From: an uncultured bacterium
Lineage (GTDB): Bacteria > Krumholzibacteriota > Krumholzibacteriia > Krumholzibacteriales > Krumholzibacteriaceae
NCBI GenBank assembly: GCA_963786935.1
Contig: CAWBAN010000005.1
Location: 64,001 to 128,000, forward strand
Length of the DNA stretch: 64,000 nucleotides
Direction of reading: 5' to 3'
In this document: positions 27,709 through 38,132 of the stretch, piece by piece
How the letters are laid out: each line of letters starts with the position of its first letter
Numbering within the stretch: the stretch's first letter is position 1
The notes under the pieces: model-generated
Database searches by the model: none
Told to the model about the DNA's origin: nothing
Seen by the model: the letters and a program-made list of their open reading frames with translations, nothing else
Translations under genes and position numbers: made by a program

Positions 27709-30518
27709 ATGCGGATACGCTTTTTAACGGGTGCGGTCATAGCGGCGATCGCCTGCCTCGCCGTGACGCCTCTGATCGGTGCGCCGAAGAATACCGCGAG
27801 GAATACCGCGCCGGCAAAGTCCGGCGCGGTTTCATACCATGCGCCGGAAAATCCGGGCGCGTCTTCCGTCTTCGCCCCGGGCCGATTCGTGGCGAGGGTA
27901 TGGAGCGGCGGTTCCGGACTGCCGGGAAGCAGCGTGCGGGCGCTGGCCATGACCGGGGACGGATTCATCTGGGCCGGCACCGAGGCCGGCCTCGCGCGGT
28001 TCGACGGCGTGAGCTTCACGGTGTTCGACCAGTGGAACACTCCCGCCCTCAAGGACAGCCGGATACTTTCCCTCTACAGAGCGGTCGACGGAGCGCTGTG
28101 GATCGGGACCGACGGAGGCGGACTCTGCGCCTTCGGCGAGCGGCGAATGGCGCTGCATCGGCGAAAAGGAGGGGCTCCGCAGCCCGCATGTGCGCTCGAT
28201 TGCCGGCGGCGGCGGACGGCTCTGGATCGGCACGGACTACGGCGTGCACCGTCTCGATGGAGAGAAGATCGAAGTTTTCGGCCTCGACGAAGGGCTTTCC
28301 AATAACATCATCACGTCGCTCGCGATCTCTCCGTCCGAGGACGGTCGTGAACGTCTCTGGGTGGGGACGATGTGGGGCGGTCTGGCGAGCATCGAAGACG
28401 GCGCCGCGCAGCTGTTCGATTTCAACGACGGTCTCGGGGATCTGTCGGTGCAGTCTCTCCTCGCCCGGCCCGGCGGGGATCTATGGATCGGGACGATGAA
28501 GGGGCTCTTCCGCCTTCCGGACAATGAAAAAAGGATCCGGTTTGTTCCGGGCGTGGACGATTGCCCCGTGACGGCGCTGGCCCCGGGGCCGGATGGGAGT
28601 CTGCTGGTCGGGACGATGACCGAGGGGCTGAAGATTCTCGCGGGATCGACGTTCACCGATCTGTTCGTCGATGACGACCTCGCCGACAGCCATGTCCGTG
28701 CGATCCTGGTGACGCCGGACGAATGTATATGGGTTGGAACCGAGTCGGGAGGACTCGTTCGACTCAAGGAGCGGACGGTTGGCTCTATCACCGTCGCCGA
28801 CGGGCTGCCCGAAGGATCGGTCTACGCCGTTCTCGAAGAGGGCCGGGGCAGCTTCTGGGTCGGCACCGAAAACAGCGGGCTCTGCCTGCTGCAGGGCGGA
28901 AAGGTCGTTCGCGTGATCGACAAGCGGGAGAGGCCTCGCGGGCGACATGGTGCGCGTGCTCTCCAAAGACAAGGCCGGCAGGCTCTGGGTGGGGACGATG
29001 GACGGCGGCATTTCGATCATCGACGGCGCACGGATACGGAACCTGACTGCGGCGGACGGGATTCCCTCGAATAATATCTCGGAGATTCTCTTCGACGACG
29101 GCGGCGGGCTGTTGATCGGCACGGAAAGGGGATTGTACGGCGGACGCGCCGACACGCCGCGCAATCTTTCCCCCGTCGCCGGTTTGGAGGGCCAGACGAT
29201 CCGCACCCTGTATCGCGGCGGCGACGGCGCGACGTACGCAGGAACGCGGAGCGGATTGTGGAGACTCGCCGGATCCTCGATCGAGAGGATCGGCGGAGCC
29301 GAGCTTGAGGCCGAGGTTCTTTCCGTTTACCGTGATACGCCCGGGACGATCTGGGCGGGGACGAACGGCGGCGGGCTGATGCGCGTTTCAGGAGGCAAGG
29401 TCCGGTCCTTCACCGTACGGGACGGTCTGCCGGGCAATTTCATCTTCAGCATCTACCGGCGGGAGCCGAATTCCGGCCCGCTCTGGATCAGCTGCGAGGC
29501 GGGTGTCTTCACCATCGACGCCGATTCGCTCGCCGCCTACGGCGAAGGCGGAACGAGGATCCTCGCGCCCACGCTCTACGACGAAAACGAAGGGATGCCC
29601 TCGAGCAGGTGCAACGGATACTGCGCTCCTTCCTTCTGCGTATCGAGCTCGGGGAAATCCTACTACCCCACCAATGGCGGCCTGGCGGTCTTCGATGGGG
29701 AAGCAGCGGCGGCCGGAACTCCGGCAGCCCCCGGGGCTCCGGCGGCGTCCGAGGCTCCGGCTGCCCCCCGCGTGATCCTCGAGCCGCCCATCGTGGAGAA
29801 CGCCCGCGTGGAGATAAGGTTCACCGCGATCGATTGGTCGGCTCCTGAGAAGGTCAGATTTCTCTATCGGCTCGAGGGATACGATCGGGATTTCAAAGCG
29901 GTTCATCCGGGGCAGCCGCGCCGCGCCGTTTACAGCGGCCTTCCCCCCGGGAAATATCGGTTCACGGTCAGGGCGATCGGCAACACGGGGCTGTGGAGCG
30001 AGGAAGCGGCGACGCCGGCCTTCGCCATCGAGCCGCCGTTCTATCGCAGGGCGGGTTTCATCGTTGTTGCGCTTCTGGCCGCGTCGCTTGCGGCGGGCGG
30101 GACGGTCGCTCTGGCGAGGCGCAGGAAGGCGCGCAGGCAGAGCCTGAAATACAGCACATCCTCGATAAGCGGCGAAAGGATGGATGAGGCGTACGAGACT
30201 CTGAGGGCTTTGATGGAGGAGGAAAAGGTATTCCTCGATCCCGATCTCACCCTGAAGAAGCTCGCCCAGAAGCTCAATATCCACTACAACCATCTCTCGC
30301 GGATCATAAACGAGAGATACGGCGAGAGCTTCAACACCTACATCAACCGTCACCGGATCGAGGAGGCGAAGAAGCGGCTCTCCGACCCGGCCTTCGCCGA
30401 TAAGAACATCCTCGAGATCATGCTGGAAACGGGATTCTACTCGAAATCGACCTTTAACACCGCTTTCAAGAAATTCACCGGGAAGAGCCCCTCCGATTTT
30501 CGCAAGAACAATTCCTGA
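27709..30518 (+). pseudogene. Reg_prop beta-propeller/Y_Y_Y sensor fused to an AraC HTH, split by two +1 frameshifts
   Basis: LWIGT/DGL repeats continue across three frames, with switches near 28135 and 28927. FLYRLEGYD (Y_Y_Y), TM helix, AraC GFYSKSTFNTAFKK. No kinase or receiver domain. Confidence 0.8.
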
Positions 30519-30674
30519 CGGCCGGCCCCCCTTTTCAGCGTTCTGAATGTCAATTAGAACCGTTTCGAGGTTCTACATTGCAACTCCGGGCGATCGGAAG
30601 GGGTCGAAATGCGTATCATTCGTGTACGAATTAATCGGGGACCGGGCTCGAAACTCTGACGCGGGAGGACGCGA

Positions 30675-31700
30675 ATGAAAAAGGGAATGACATTCGTCAT
30701 CTCCGCCATGTTCCTCGTGCTGGTTTGCGGAGCGGCCTTTGCAGCCGGCGTGGAAGAAGTCCACAAGAAATTCGAGGGGGTGAAGTCGGTAAGCCTCGAA
30801 ACGGTCAGCGGCGACTGTGTCGTGAAGACTCATAAGTCCGGCGAGGTCCTGGTCGACATCGAGTACGACGTCGACCCGGAAGGCTCGTTCGTGTACAGGA
30901 TGAACGAAAGAGGCGGCAAGCTGGTTCTCGAGGAGGACTGGGAGAGCAGGCACGGGGGGTCGATGAGCGGAGATGTGATGTGGACGATCACCATGCCGGA
31001 AGGGATGGATATCAAGTATTCCACTGCTTCGGGCGATCTGTCCGTCACCGGCCCGGTCGGAAGGGTCAAGGCGAGCACCGCTTCGGGGGACATCGAGATC
31101 GTGGACGCGAAAGGCGTCGTGGACGTTTCAACTGCGAGCGGCGATGTGCTGCTGAGAAACGTGGCCGGAGAAAATGATGTCTCGACGGCGAGCGGCGATA
31201 TCCGGATCGAGAACTCGTCCGACGATATCCATGCTTCCACGGCGAGCGGCCGTATCGAGGCCATCGGCGGCGCGGGTGACATGAATCTGAGCACCGCTTC
31301 GGGGGAGATCGATATCACCGATGCAAAGGGAGCATTCGATCTCAGCTGCGCCAGCGGAGAGATCACGGCGAAGGGAATCACCATCGACGGGGAGAGCGGT
31401 TTTTCCACGGCGTCCGGAAGCGTGGAGATCGTGCTCGCCGCCGCCAGCGAATACGATATCACCCTGTCGACCGCTTCAGGGGACATCACCCTGAGCTACA
31501 ACGGTAAGCCGGTCAAGGGATACTTCGAATTCGAGGCGAGGAAGAGAAAGGGACATATCAGCAGCCCCATCGCCTTCGAAAACGAGGAAGAGTTCGAGCA
31601 GCACGGCGATACCTATGTGAGAAAATCGTTCTCCGTGGGGGGAAAGTCGCCGTCGATCTATTTCAGCACGGCGTCCGGTTCGATCGTGCTCAAGAAATAG
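30675..31700 (+). CDS. Exported DUF4097-type beta-strand repeat (adhesin-like) protein
   Basis: Signal peptide; about 11 STASG(D/E/S)-type repeats; GGAGG RBS. Confidence 0.85.
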   Translation: MKKGMTFVISAMFLVLVCGAAFAAGVEEVHKKFEGVKSVSLETVSGDCVVKTHKSGEVLVDIEYDVDPEGSFVYRMNERGGKLVLEEDWESRHGGSMSGDVMWTITMPEGMDIKYSTASGDLSVTGPVGRVKASTASGDIEIVDAKGVVDVSTASGDVLLRNVAGENDVSTASGDIRIENSSDDIHASTASGRIEAIGGAGDMNLSTASGEIDITDAKGAFDLSCASGEITAKGITIDGESGFSTASGSVEIVLAAASEYDITLSTASGDITLSYNGKPVKGYFEFEARKRKGHISSPIAFENEEEFEQHGDTYVRKSFSVGGKSPSIYFSTASGSIVLKK

Positions 31701-31731
31701 TTGCCGTCGATCTGATGAGTTCACGAGCACT

Positions 31732-31768
31732 GAGGATGACCCGGGATTCGCCCGGGTCATCCTCTTTT
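31732..31768 (+). terminator. Intrinsic terminator
   Basis: 14-bp stem GAGGATGACCCGGG/CCCGGGTCATCCTC followed by TTTT. Confidence 0.85.
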
Positions 31769-31796
31769 CGGGGGGCCGGGCCGCTTCTCGAACAGA

Positions 31797-31830
31797 AGGT
31801 CGCAGGTTCAAGTCCCGCTTCGCCCGCCAG
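31797..31830 (+). repeat. att-like copy 1 of the tRNA-Val 3' end
   Basis: AGGTCGCAGGTTCAAGTCCcGCTTCGCCCgCCAG vs 27481-27514: 32/34 identical. Confidence 0.92.
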
Positions 31831-31850
31831 CGACATGGTCCGATTGATTA

Positions 31851-31880
31851 TTGACAGCTGTTCCGTTCGGCTCCTATAAT
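31851..31880 (+). promoter_or_regulatory. Consensus sigma-70 promoter at the start of cassette 2
   Basis: TTGACA-N18-TATAAT. Confidence 0.7.
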
Positions 31881-31938
31881 TCCCTTCGCCCCATTTCCAA
31901 AGAAAACATTGGATCGCTTCTGTTCTCGAGGAAACGGC

Positions 31939-33651
31939 ATGGTGTTGCGGAGAGCTGCTGCGGCGTCGACGGTGATCATCCTGCTGTGCGCATATCTGTG
32001 CTGCTCTCGCGATGAAGCCGATGTAGGAGAGGCGATCTCGAAGCCGATCCCGCCGATCGCTCCCGATACCGTGTACACTGGGCAGATAGTGACCGTGGCG
32101 ACGAACGGGGCGATCAGCAATCAGGGGCACGGCATCGAGTATCGCTTCGATTGCGACGCCGAGGGAACCCACGATTACAGCGCTTGGAGCTCTTCCGACA
32201 GCCTGATGACGGCATGGCCCCGGCCGGGCGCGTACCTCCTGAAGGCTCAGGCCAGGTGCGGGACTCATGTGGCCGAGGAATCGCCCTGGTCCGACGGCAC
32301 ATCGATAACGGTGAAAGAAACCGCCGTTTCGAAGCCGAGTTCGCCGGTTGGCCCCCCGATCAGAAAGACCGATGAGCTCGGTACATACTGCACCGGCGGT
32401 GCCGTCTGCACGAGGGGAGATTCCGTCGAGTATCGCTTCAATATCAATTCCGACGGTGTTCATGACACCATGAGCTGGAGCGGCGATACCTGTCTGTCTC
32501 TTGCTTGGCCGCTCGCGGGGGCCTACGTGATACAAGCCCAGGCTCGGTCCCTGATCGACACCTCGAGCGTCTCTCCCTGGTCGGATGGAATCTCGGTCGA
32601 TGTGAGAAACCACGATCCCGATTGCAGAATTCTCCGGGCTTGGTGCCATTTCACTCCGCGGTCCACCGACGTCCCGGATAGCATGCTCGTTGATTTCCTC
32701 GACGATGATCCGGATACCCTCCCGAATGGTTCGAGGCTCAGAATGGAATACGAAGGATGGGACAACGCACTTCCGTATATGTCGCCCGCCCCGATCCGTT
32801 TTCAGTTCGGCTACAGGCGCTGGACAATCGATGAGAGCGGCAGGACTGTCGCCGACAAGTCGTCTCCTTGGTACCCCTTGCAGAAATCCGAAGACACGAA
32901 TCCGATGGATTCGAATCCTTCCACGAGGGATCGGGATTCCACAACGATGAGGATCAACACGTTCAATTACGAGTTTCGCGTTCGTTCGTGGGACGAACAG
33001 AATAAGATCGATGCGTCTCCGGCCACCGTGCGCTTCTTCGGTAATTTCAGACCGACGATCGACAGCGTCGTCGTGGGCTTCTACGATCAAGTGACCCACG
33101 CATTTCGGAGAGTCCTGTTCGATACGCTCTATGTCGGCTGGACCGGTGTCCCGGGACAGTCTCGGGGCAATATCATGAATCCTTATCTGGTCGAGTCCGT
33201 GGCCGGAACGATCGTGAAATCATACAAATTCAACATTCGGGCGGGCGGTCATGACGATCCGCGGGATCCCGCGGGCTCGGGAATCTACGGCTGGAAGCTC
33301 CTGATTGACGATCCCGATGGGGCTGCTTACCAAGGCCTGAATCAGTGGATCTTCGATAATCCCGTTAATCAATTCGAACAAGAGATCGTCTTTCAGATCC
33401 AGTCTTCGGTGGGCGACGACATCGTCCAGAATCCTCCCGCCAACCTCGGCGCACAGATAGTCCACGTTATCGCGAGGGATATGAGGAACGACGAAACGTC
33501 CCTCGAGGGGATTCGCGGCATTACCCCGCAATTCGATGAGATGGGAAGGCCGATTCCCTGTAACTGCTGGTATCTCGCTCAATACTATTTCGCCAGCTAC
33601 GCGAGAAGAGAAACGTCGACGCGTCCGCTCTATTTGAAGCTCGTGAGGTAG
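31939..33651 (+). CDS. Probable lipoprotein with two tandem PKD/Ig-like repeats, function unknown
   Basis: Hydrophobic N-terminus ending in LCCS; repeated EYRF...W...AWP..GAY...AQAR...SPWSDG. Confidence 0.72.
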   Translation: MVLRRAAAASTVIILLCAYLCCSRDEADVGEAISKPIPPIAPDTVYTGQIVTVATNGAISNQGHGIEYRFDCDAEGTHDYSAWSSSDSLMTAWPRPGAYLLKAQARCGTHVAEESPWSDGTSITVKETAVSKPSSPVGPPIRKTDELGTYCTGGAVCTRGDSVEYRFNINSDGVHDTMSWSGDTCLSLAWPLAGAYVIQAQARSLIDTSSVSPWSDGISVDVRNHDPDCRILRAWCHFTPRSTDVPDSMLVDFLDDDPDTLPNGSRLRMEYEGWDNALPYMSPAPIRFQFGYRRWTIDESGRTVADKSSPWYPLQKSEDTNPMDSNPSTRDRDSTTMRINTFNYEFRVRSWDEQNKIDASPATVRFFGNFRPTIDSVVVGFYDQVTHAFRRVLFDTLYVGWTGVPGQSRGNIMNPYLVESVAGTIVKSYKFNIRAGGHDDPRDPAGSGIYGWKLLIDDPDGAAYQGLNQWIFDNPVNQFEQEIVFQIQSSVGDDIVQNPPANLGAQIVHVIARDMRNDETSLEGIRGITPQFDEMGRPIPCNCWYLAQYYFASYARRETSTRPLYLKLVR

Positions 33652-33665
33652 CGCAGCCTTGCGTG

Positions 33666-33688
33666 CAAGCAGGAAGTCGCGGGCTCAA
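33666..33688 (+). repeat. att-like copy 2 of tRNA-Val (anticodon arm 3' side to T-loop)
   Basis: CAAGCAGGAaGTCGCgGGcTCAA vs 27473-27495: 20/23 identical; begins 15 nt after a stop codon. Confidence 0.7.
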
Positions 33689-33770
33689 TACAGGTCCGGT
33701 TTATGCAAACATATCAGGACCGACCCTGAGCAGTACACCTGGATGCAATCACAAACCAACAGGGGGAACC

Positions 33771-34457
33771 ATGAGGAAGAATAAGCCGGCGGCGATATTC
33801 GCAATTATCACGGTCGCGTTGCTTTTGCAGACCGGCGGCGGCACGGCCGGCGATACGTCATGCAGGACGAACGAATATGAAATAATGTCGCTTCTCATCC
33901 AGGAACAGTACGGCTCCGAGTTCAGCCTGATACTGATCGACCGCGACACCGAATCGTCGTGCCCGCGCGAGCCTCTGGGCTTCCTGAAGGAGACATGGCC
34001 GAAGCTCAAGGGCGAAACGATCGATTCCCTCATAGTCAATTACAGCAGCGCGCCGCGCCGGCTCGCGGAGAGCTTCAGCCTCCCCGTCGAATACCGGCTC
34101 ATATCCGGCGATGAATACATGAAAATCCTGCGCGTCAATTCTCCCGGAGCAGGGACCCTCGAAGCGGGCGCGGATGCCGGCGCGACCGGGACAGAGGCGT
34201 ATGCAGCGATACCCGGCGCCGCCGAGCCGGACTGGGACAACTTCGACAAGATCTTCCCGGACGTTCAGGGATACCTGACATTCTCCCGGGTCGCGTTCGA
34301 CTCCGAGTGCACCCAGGCGCTCGTGATATTCTCCAACGCCTACCGGTGCAGCGGAGTCCGCACCAGGCCGCAGATGCGCGAGATCGCCTGCTTCGGCAAA
34401 AAAGACGGAGCCTGGGTTCTCGTCGGCATATCGCGGGGAATACAGACGATGGATTGA
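33771..34457 (+). CDS. Exported hypothetical protein
   Basis: AGGGGG RBS, signal peptide MRKNKPAAIFAIITVALLL, GYLTFSRVAFD. Confidence 0.7.
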   Translation: MRKNKPAAIFAIITVALLLQTGGGTAGDTSCRTNEYEIMSLLIQEQYGSEFSLILIDRDTESSCPREPLGFLKETWPKLKGETIDSLIVNYSSAPRRLAESFSLPVEYRLISGDEYMKILRVNSPGAGTLEAGADAGATGTEAYAAIPGAAEPDWDNFDKIFPDVQGYLTFSRVAFDSECTQALVIFSNAYRCSGVRTRPQMREIACFGKKDGAWVLVGISRGIQTMD

Positions 34458-34515
34458 TATCCGGCCCCGCGGCTTCGCTGTCCTCGAGATCGCTCGCTGC
34501 AGCCGATGCGCCGCG

Positions 34516-34552
34516 AGGAAGCCGCAGGTTTAAGTTTCCGCTTCGTCCGCCA
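34516..34552 (+). repeat. att-like copy 3 of the tRNA-Val 3' end
   Basis: AGGAAGCCGCAGGTTTAAGTTTCCGCTTCGTCCGCCA aligns to 27478-27513 with 7 substitutions and 1 insertion; ends in CCA. Confidence 0.7.
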
Positions 34553-34600
34553 AACGTTCTCCGCCAGGGTTCCGCGTTTTTCCGCCGCATCCCTCGGTAA

Positions 34601-34629
34601 TTGACTCGGCCCCGGCCGTCTATTATCTT
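34601..34629 (+). promoter_or_regulatory. Sigma-70-like promoter at the start of cassette 4
   Basis: TTGACT-N17-TATCTT. Confidence 0.5.
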
Positions 34630-34739
34630 CAAAGTGCAAGAGGGATGATAAAAGCCGATTCAACCGAAAAACGCCTTCATTCTTGACCGATACCTTCGAG
34701 GATAGACGTAGAAGGGCTCATCGAGGGGGGGCGATCCAC

Positions 34740-36919
34740 ATGTGGAATCGCGAGATCGTTTGCGCGGGTCTTGCCGCTCTGCTCGTGTGCGCGCTCGCCG
34801 CGCCCGCGGGCTCGATCGGTCGCGTCGGACCGGTCGTGAAGGGCGCGACCAGTCCCGATCGGACTCTCGTTCTTGACGGGAGCGGCACTCACGATATCGG
34901 GCAGCTGTTGATTCATACGGCGAATTGGGGACTCTTCGGATCCTATCCGAATTCGACGATGCCGTTCAGCCAGTTCCCGTCGGCCGAATGGCCCGCGGGA
35001 AGCGGGGTGGAGCACTTGTGCGTCGCCGGCCTCTGGGTCGGGGCGGATATCGGTTTCAATCCCATTGGGCAAGAGGATCTTCACGTTTCGACATCCACCT
35101 ATGAAATGGAGTTCAGGCCGACCGACGATCCGATCGACAGGATCTACGAGACGCACGAGGGGGCGTGGGGGGGAACCGGATCCCCATGCCGAATGCGGAC
35201 GACGACGGAGACGGGCTCATCGACGAGGACTGGCTCGACCGGCAAGACAACGACGGCGACGGCCTCGTTGATGAGGACTTCGCCGCGATATCGCAGCAGA
35301 TGTTCAGCTGCCGGTACACGGACGACCAACCCGCCGCGATCGCGCAGTACCCCGAGCACGAGCCGCTTCATATCATGGTGCGGCAAGAGAGCTATCAGTG
35401 GACCGATCCGCGCTTCGACGACTTCATCGGGATCAAGTTCATCATCACGAACATAGGGGCCGAACCTCTCGGCATGATCAGGCTCGGCTTCTTCATGGAT
35501 GCCGATATCGGCCGCCGCAGCACCCCGTCGTACTGGGCTGACGACGCTGCCGGCTCCTGGCGGGGGATCAGGTGTACGGAGCTCGGCCCCGCCTCTCTCA
35601 GCATCGGGTATATGTATGACGCCGACGGCGACGGGGGTCAAACGACGAGCTACATCGGCGCCTGGGTGCTCGGGCATCGGCTCGATCCTCAGAATCCATG
35701 GGGTGCCGAGACTGCTGAACGCATGGGCATGAATTCGTTTCATATATTCAAGGGCGACCAGCCATACGAGAATGGGGGCGATCCGGTAAACGATCTTCAG
35801 CGGTTCGAACTCATGCACGACGAAACCTTTGACATGAATCAAACGGCGGCGGGAGATTACCGGATTCTCATGAGCCTCGGCAGCTACCACACAGGTTTGC
35901 TGCCCGGAAACTCCCTCATCTTGCATATGGGCCTCGTTTGCGGCGACGGTCTCGAGGGGCTGCTCGACAACGCGGCGATGTGCCAGCGCCTCTTCGACGG
36001 ACTGCGCTTCGACTACGATTTGGACTACATGACGGGCGTCGACCGCCGGGAGCGGCCATTACCCGGGCCGGTCAATGCGATTATCATCGATTCCTGCCGC
36101 TCGGAGTACAGCGTTCCGCGGAGCTGGCCGCGGGGCGTGACCGAATGGATAAACTACGATTGCAGGGCGGAGGATGAGGGCAAGGCTTACTGCATGCTCG
36201 ACGAGGCGGACAGCATGCTTTTCCGCACCGGGGTGGCGGGCCTCGAGAGGCCCGTGCACTGGATCTACGAGCAGCAGCCGGTTGAGCCTGCGCTCTCTCT
36301 GCACGGCTACCACACCGTCAGCCTCGTCGGCGTGACGTGGCGGTTTCAGCTCGAGCTTCACAACGCGGGGCCGGGGATTGCCCGGAATGTGAAGGTCATT
36401 CTGCACGAAGAGAGCGAGGATGTGACGATTCCCGATCCCGACTGCAGTTTCGGCTACCTGCTCGTGGGCGAGATGAGCTGGGGGGGCGACGACGTGTACA
36501 CCGTCGATTTGACGAACCACCCGGATGGGAACTTCAACGCGTGGCTCGAAGTCACCTATGAGGATCTCCGCGCCAATCGCCACCAGGTTCGGATCGATAC
36601 CGAGCTCGATCCTTGGAACCCGACGGAGGCTGCTCCGGCGCTGACCTACGCGCTGAGCCAGAACTATCCGAATCCGTTCAATCCGGTCACAACGATCAAG
36701 TACCAGATTCCCGTGAAGGGAATGGTGAATCTGAGCGTGTTCGACGTGTCGGGCAGGTTGATCCGGACGCTGGTCAACGAAAACAACGATCCGGGATTCC
36801 ACGCCGCAAACTGGGACGGGAAGGACGGCCGAGGCGTCCCGGCGGCATCGGGAATCTACTTCTCGAGGCTTCGGGCGGGAAGCTATACGGAAACGAGGCG
36901 TATGGTGCTGCTGCGCTGA
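34740..36919 (+). pseudogene. Secreted protein with Ca-binding DxDGDG repeats and a C-terminal FlgD-Ig/T9SS-like domain; -1 frameshift in a G7 run
   Basis: Signal peptide in frame 1; sequence continues in the 35165 frame after G7 (35167-35173); C-terminus SQNYPNPFNP...WDGKD...SGIYF. Confidence 0.8.
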
Positions 36920-36946
36920 TCGCGTCGGGGAGAGCCTAACAAACGC

Positions 36947-36982
36947 AAGGGGAGCTTGGTATGGCGCCAGGCTCCCCTTTTT
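36947..36982 (+). terminator. Intrinsic terminator between convergent genes
   Basis: AAGGGGAGCTTGG...CCAGGCTCCCC-TTTTT. Confidence 0.8.
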
Positions 36983-37019
36983 CACGTGAATCTATGTGCG
37001 AAACGGCGTCTTAGCCGCA

Positions 37020-37856
37020 TTAGAAATGAAAGGTCACCCCGAGTGCGGGGCCGTCAAGGCTGAGCTTCTCGACGAGATCCTCTTCTTCCGCGTCGTATGT
37101 CAGATAGTGGTAGAGGAGCCGCACGTCCCCCCAGCCGAACGCGTATGCGGCCCCGACCGCGCCGCTCCAGGTCGATGTGGACGTCCCCGTGCCGAAGTCG
37201 ACGTAGAAGGGAAGGAACCAGTTGCCGGCGCCCGGCCTCCATTCTCCCCTCGCTCCGATGAGGCCGTCCCAGAAATCCCCCGTTTGAGAGGCGCTGCCCG
37301 TTTTCGGCGCGGCGTCAGTTCCGGCGGCGAAGCTCCAATCCAACGAGGATTTCAGGGCGAGGTAGCGGACGCCGAATATGAATTCCAGAGTGCCGTCATG
37401 CTCCTCCAGCAGAACGTGGCCGCCGACCAGCGACCATATCGTCGCGGTGAGCTCGGTGGTGCTGCCGGCGTCGATCGGCACCTCCGCCCGGCCGTCGGGA
37501 TCGCTCACGGACGTCACCGTCGCGCCCTCTCCCGAGAAGGGCGCGTAGAAGAAGTCGGTGGCGAGGGACCATGATCCCTTGCGCACGTCGGCCGTGAACA
37601 TGAACGGGAAATCGAGATGCTCGAAATAGTCGCTTGGATCGATGCTCATCTCGATCTCGGTGCCCGCGGGAGGATACGCCGTGAAGTTCAGCGTGCCGTC
37701 GATTTTCGGCACCCACAGGTAGGGAGTCACCGAGAAGCGCCAGCCCCCGTCGTCACCGTCAGCCGCGGAGCCGGCCCAAGCTCCCCCGCACACGACCGTG
37801 AGCCCGAAAACCACGATCGCGATCCCGAGCGCCATGGCGCGTGTCTTTAGCCTCAT
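37020..37856 (-). CDS. Outer-membrane beta-barrel protein
   Basis: AAGGAGG RBS, signal peptide, WRFSVTPYLW, alternating strands, C-terminal GVTFHF. Confidence 0.8.
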   Translation of the reverse strand: MRLKTRAMALGIAIVVFGLTVVCGGAWAGSAADGDDGGWRFSVTPYLWVPKIDGTLNFTAYPPAGTEIEMSIDPSDYFEHLDFPFMFTADVRKGSWSLATDFFYAPFSGEGATVTSVSDPDGRAEVPIDAGSTTELTATIWSLVGGHVLLEEHDGTLEFIFGVRYLALKSSLDWSFAAGTDAAPKTGSASQTGDFWDGLIGARGEWRPGAGNWFLPFYVDFGTGTSTSTWSGAVGAAYAFGWGDVRLLYHYLTYDAEEEDLVEKLSLDGPALGVTFHF

Positions 37857-38132
37857 TGCCGCCTCCTTATGCGATTCCGCATTCCCCGAGGCGCACGGAA
37901 GCGTGCGCGTCCCGATCCTTTCCGACGATGCTGCAGAATTCTGGGACAAAGCTGTCGTCGGCATCAAGAGATATTCTGTGAAAGAGCCTTTCGGCAACAT
38001 CGATTGGATCTCTGTCCCACATGCGGTTGCCGGGTCCGCAGGGGGCTTTTTTTGTCCCGGAAAAGGCGCGCGGCATGATAAAATGGAAACAGGCTTCCTA
38101 CGATGTTTTGATCGAGCGGCGGGGCGATACCG

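Larger units (their letters stand above)
27514..36982. mobile_element. tRNA-Val-anchored tandem island/cassette array (no integrase in window; right boundary uncertain)
   Basis: Three downstream degenerate copies of the tRNA 3' half separate the genes; visibly more A/T-ending codons; frameshifted genes. Confidence 0.65.

Noticed and set aside
31020..31685. Regularly spaced repeats in the DUF4097 gene
   Set aside because: Protein-level STASG repeats with synonymous variation; no repeat-spacer structure.
31712..31740. CTGATGAG hammerhead-like core
   Set aside because: No GAAA follows the putative stem II, so the catalytic core is incomplete.
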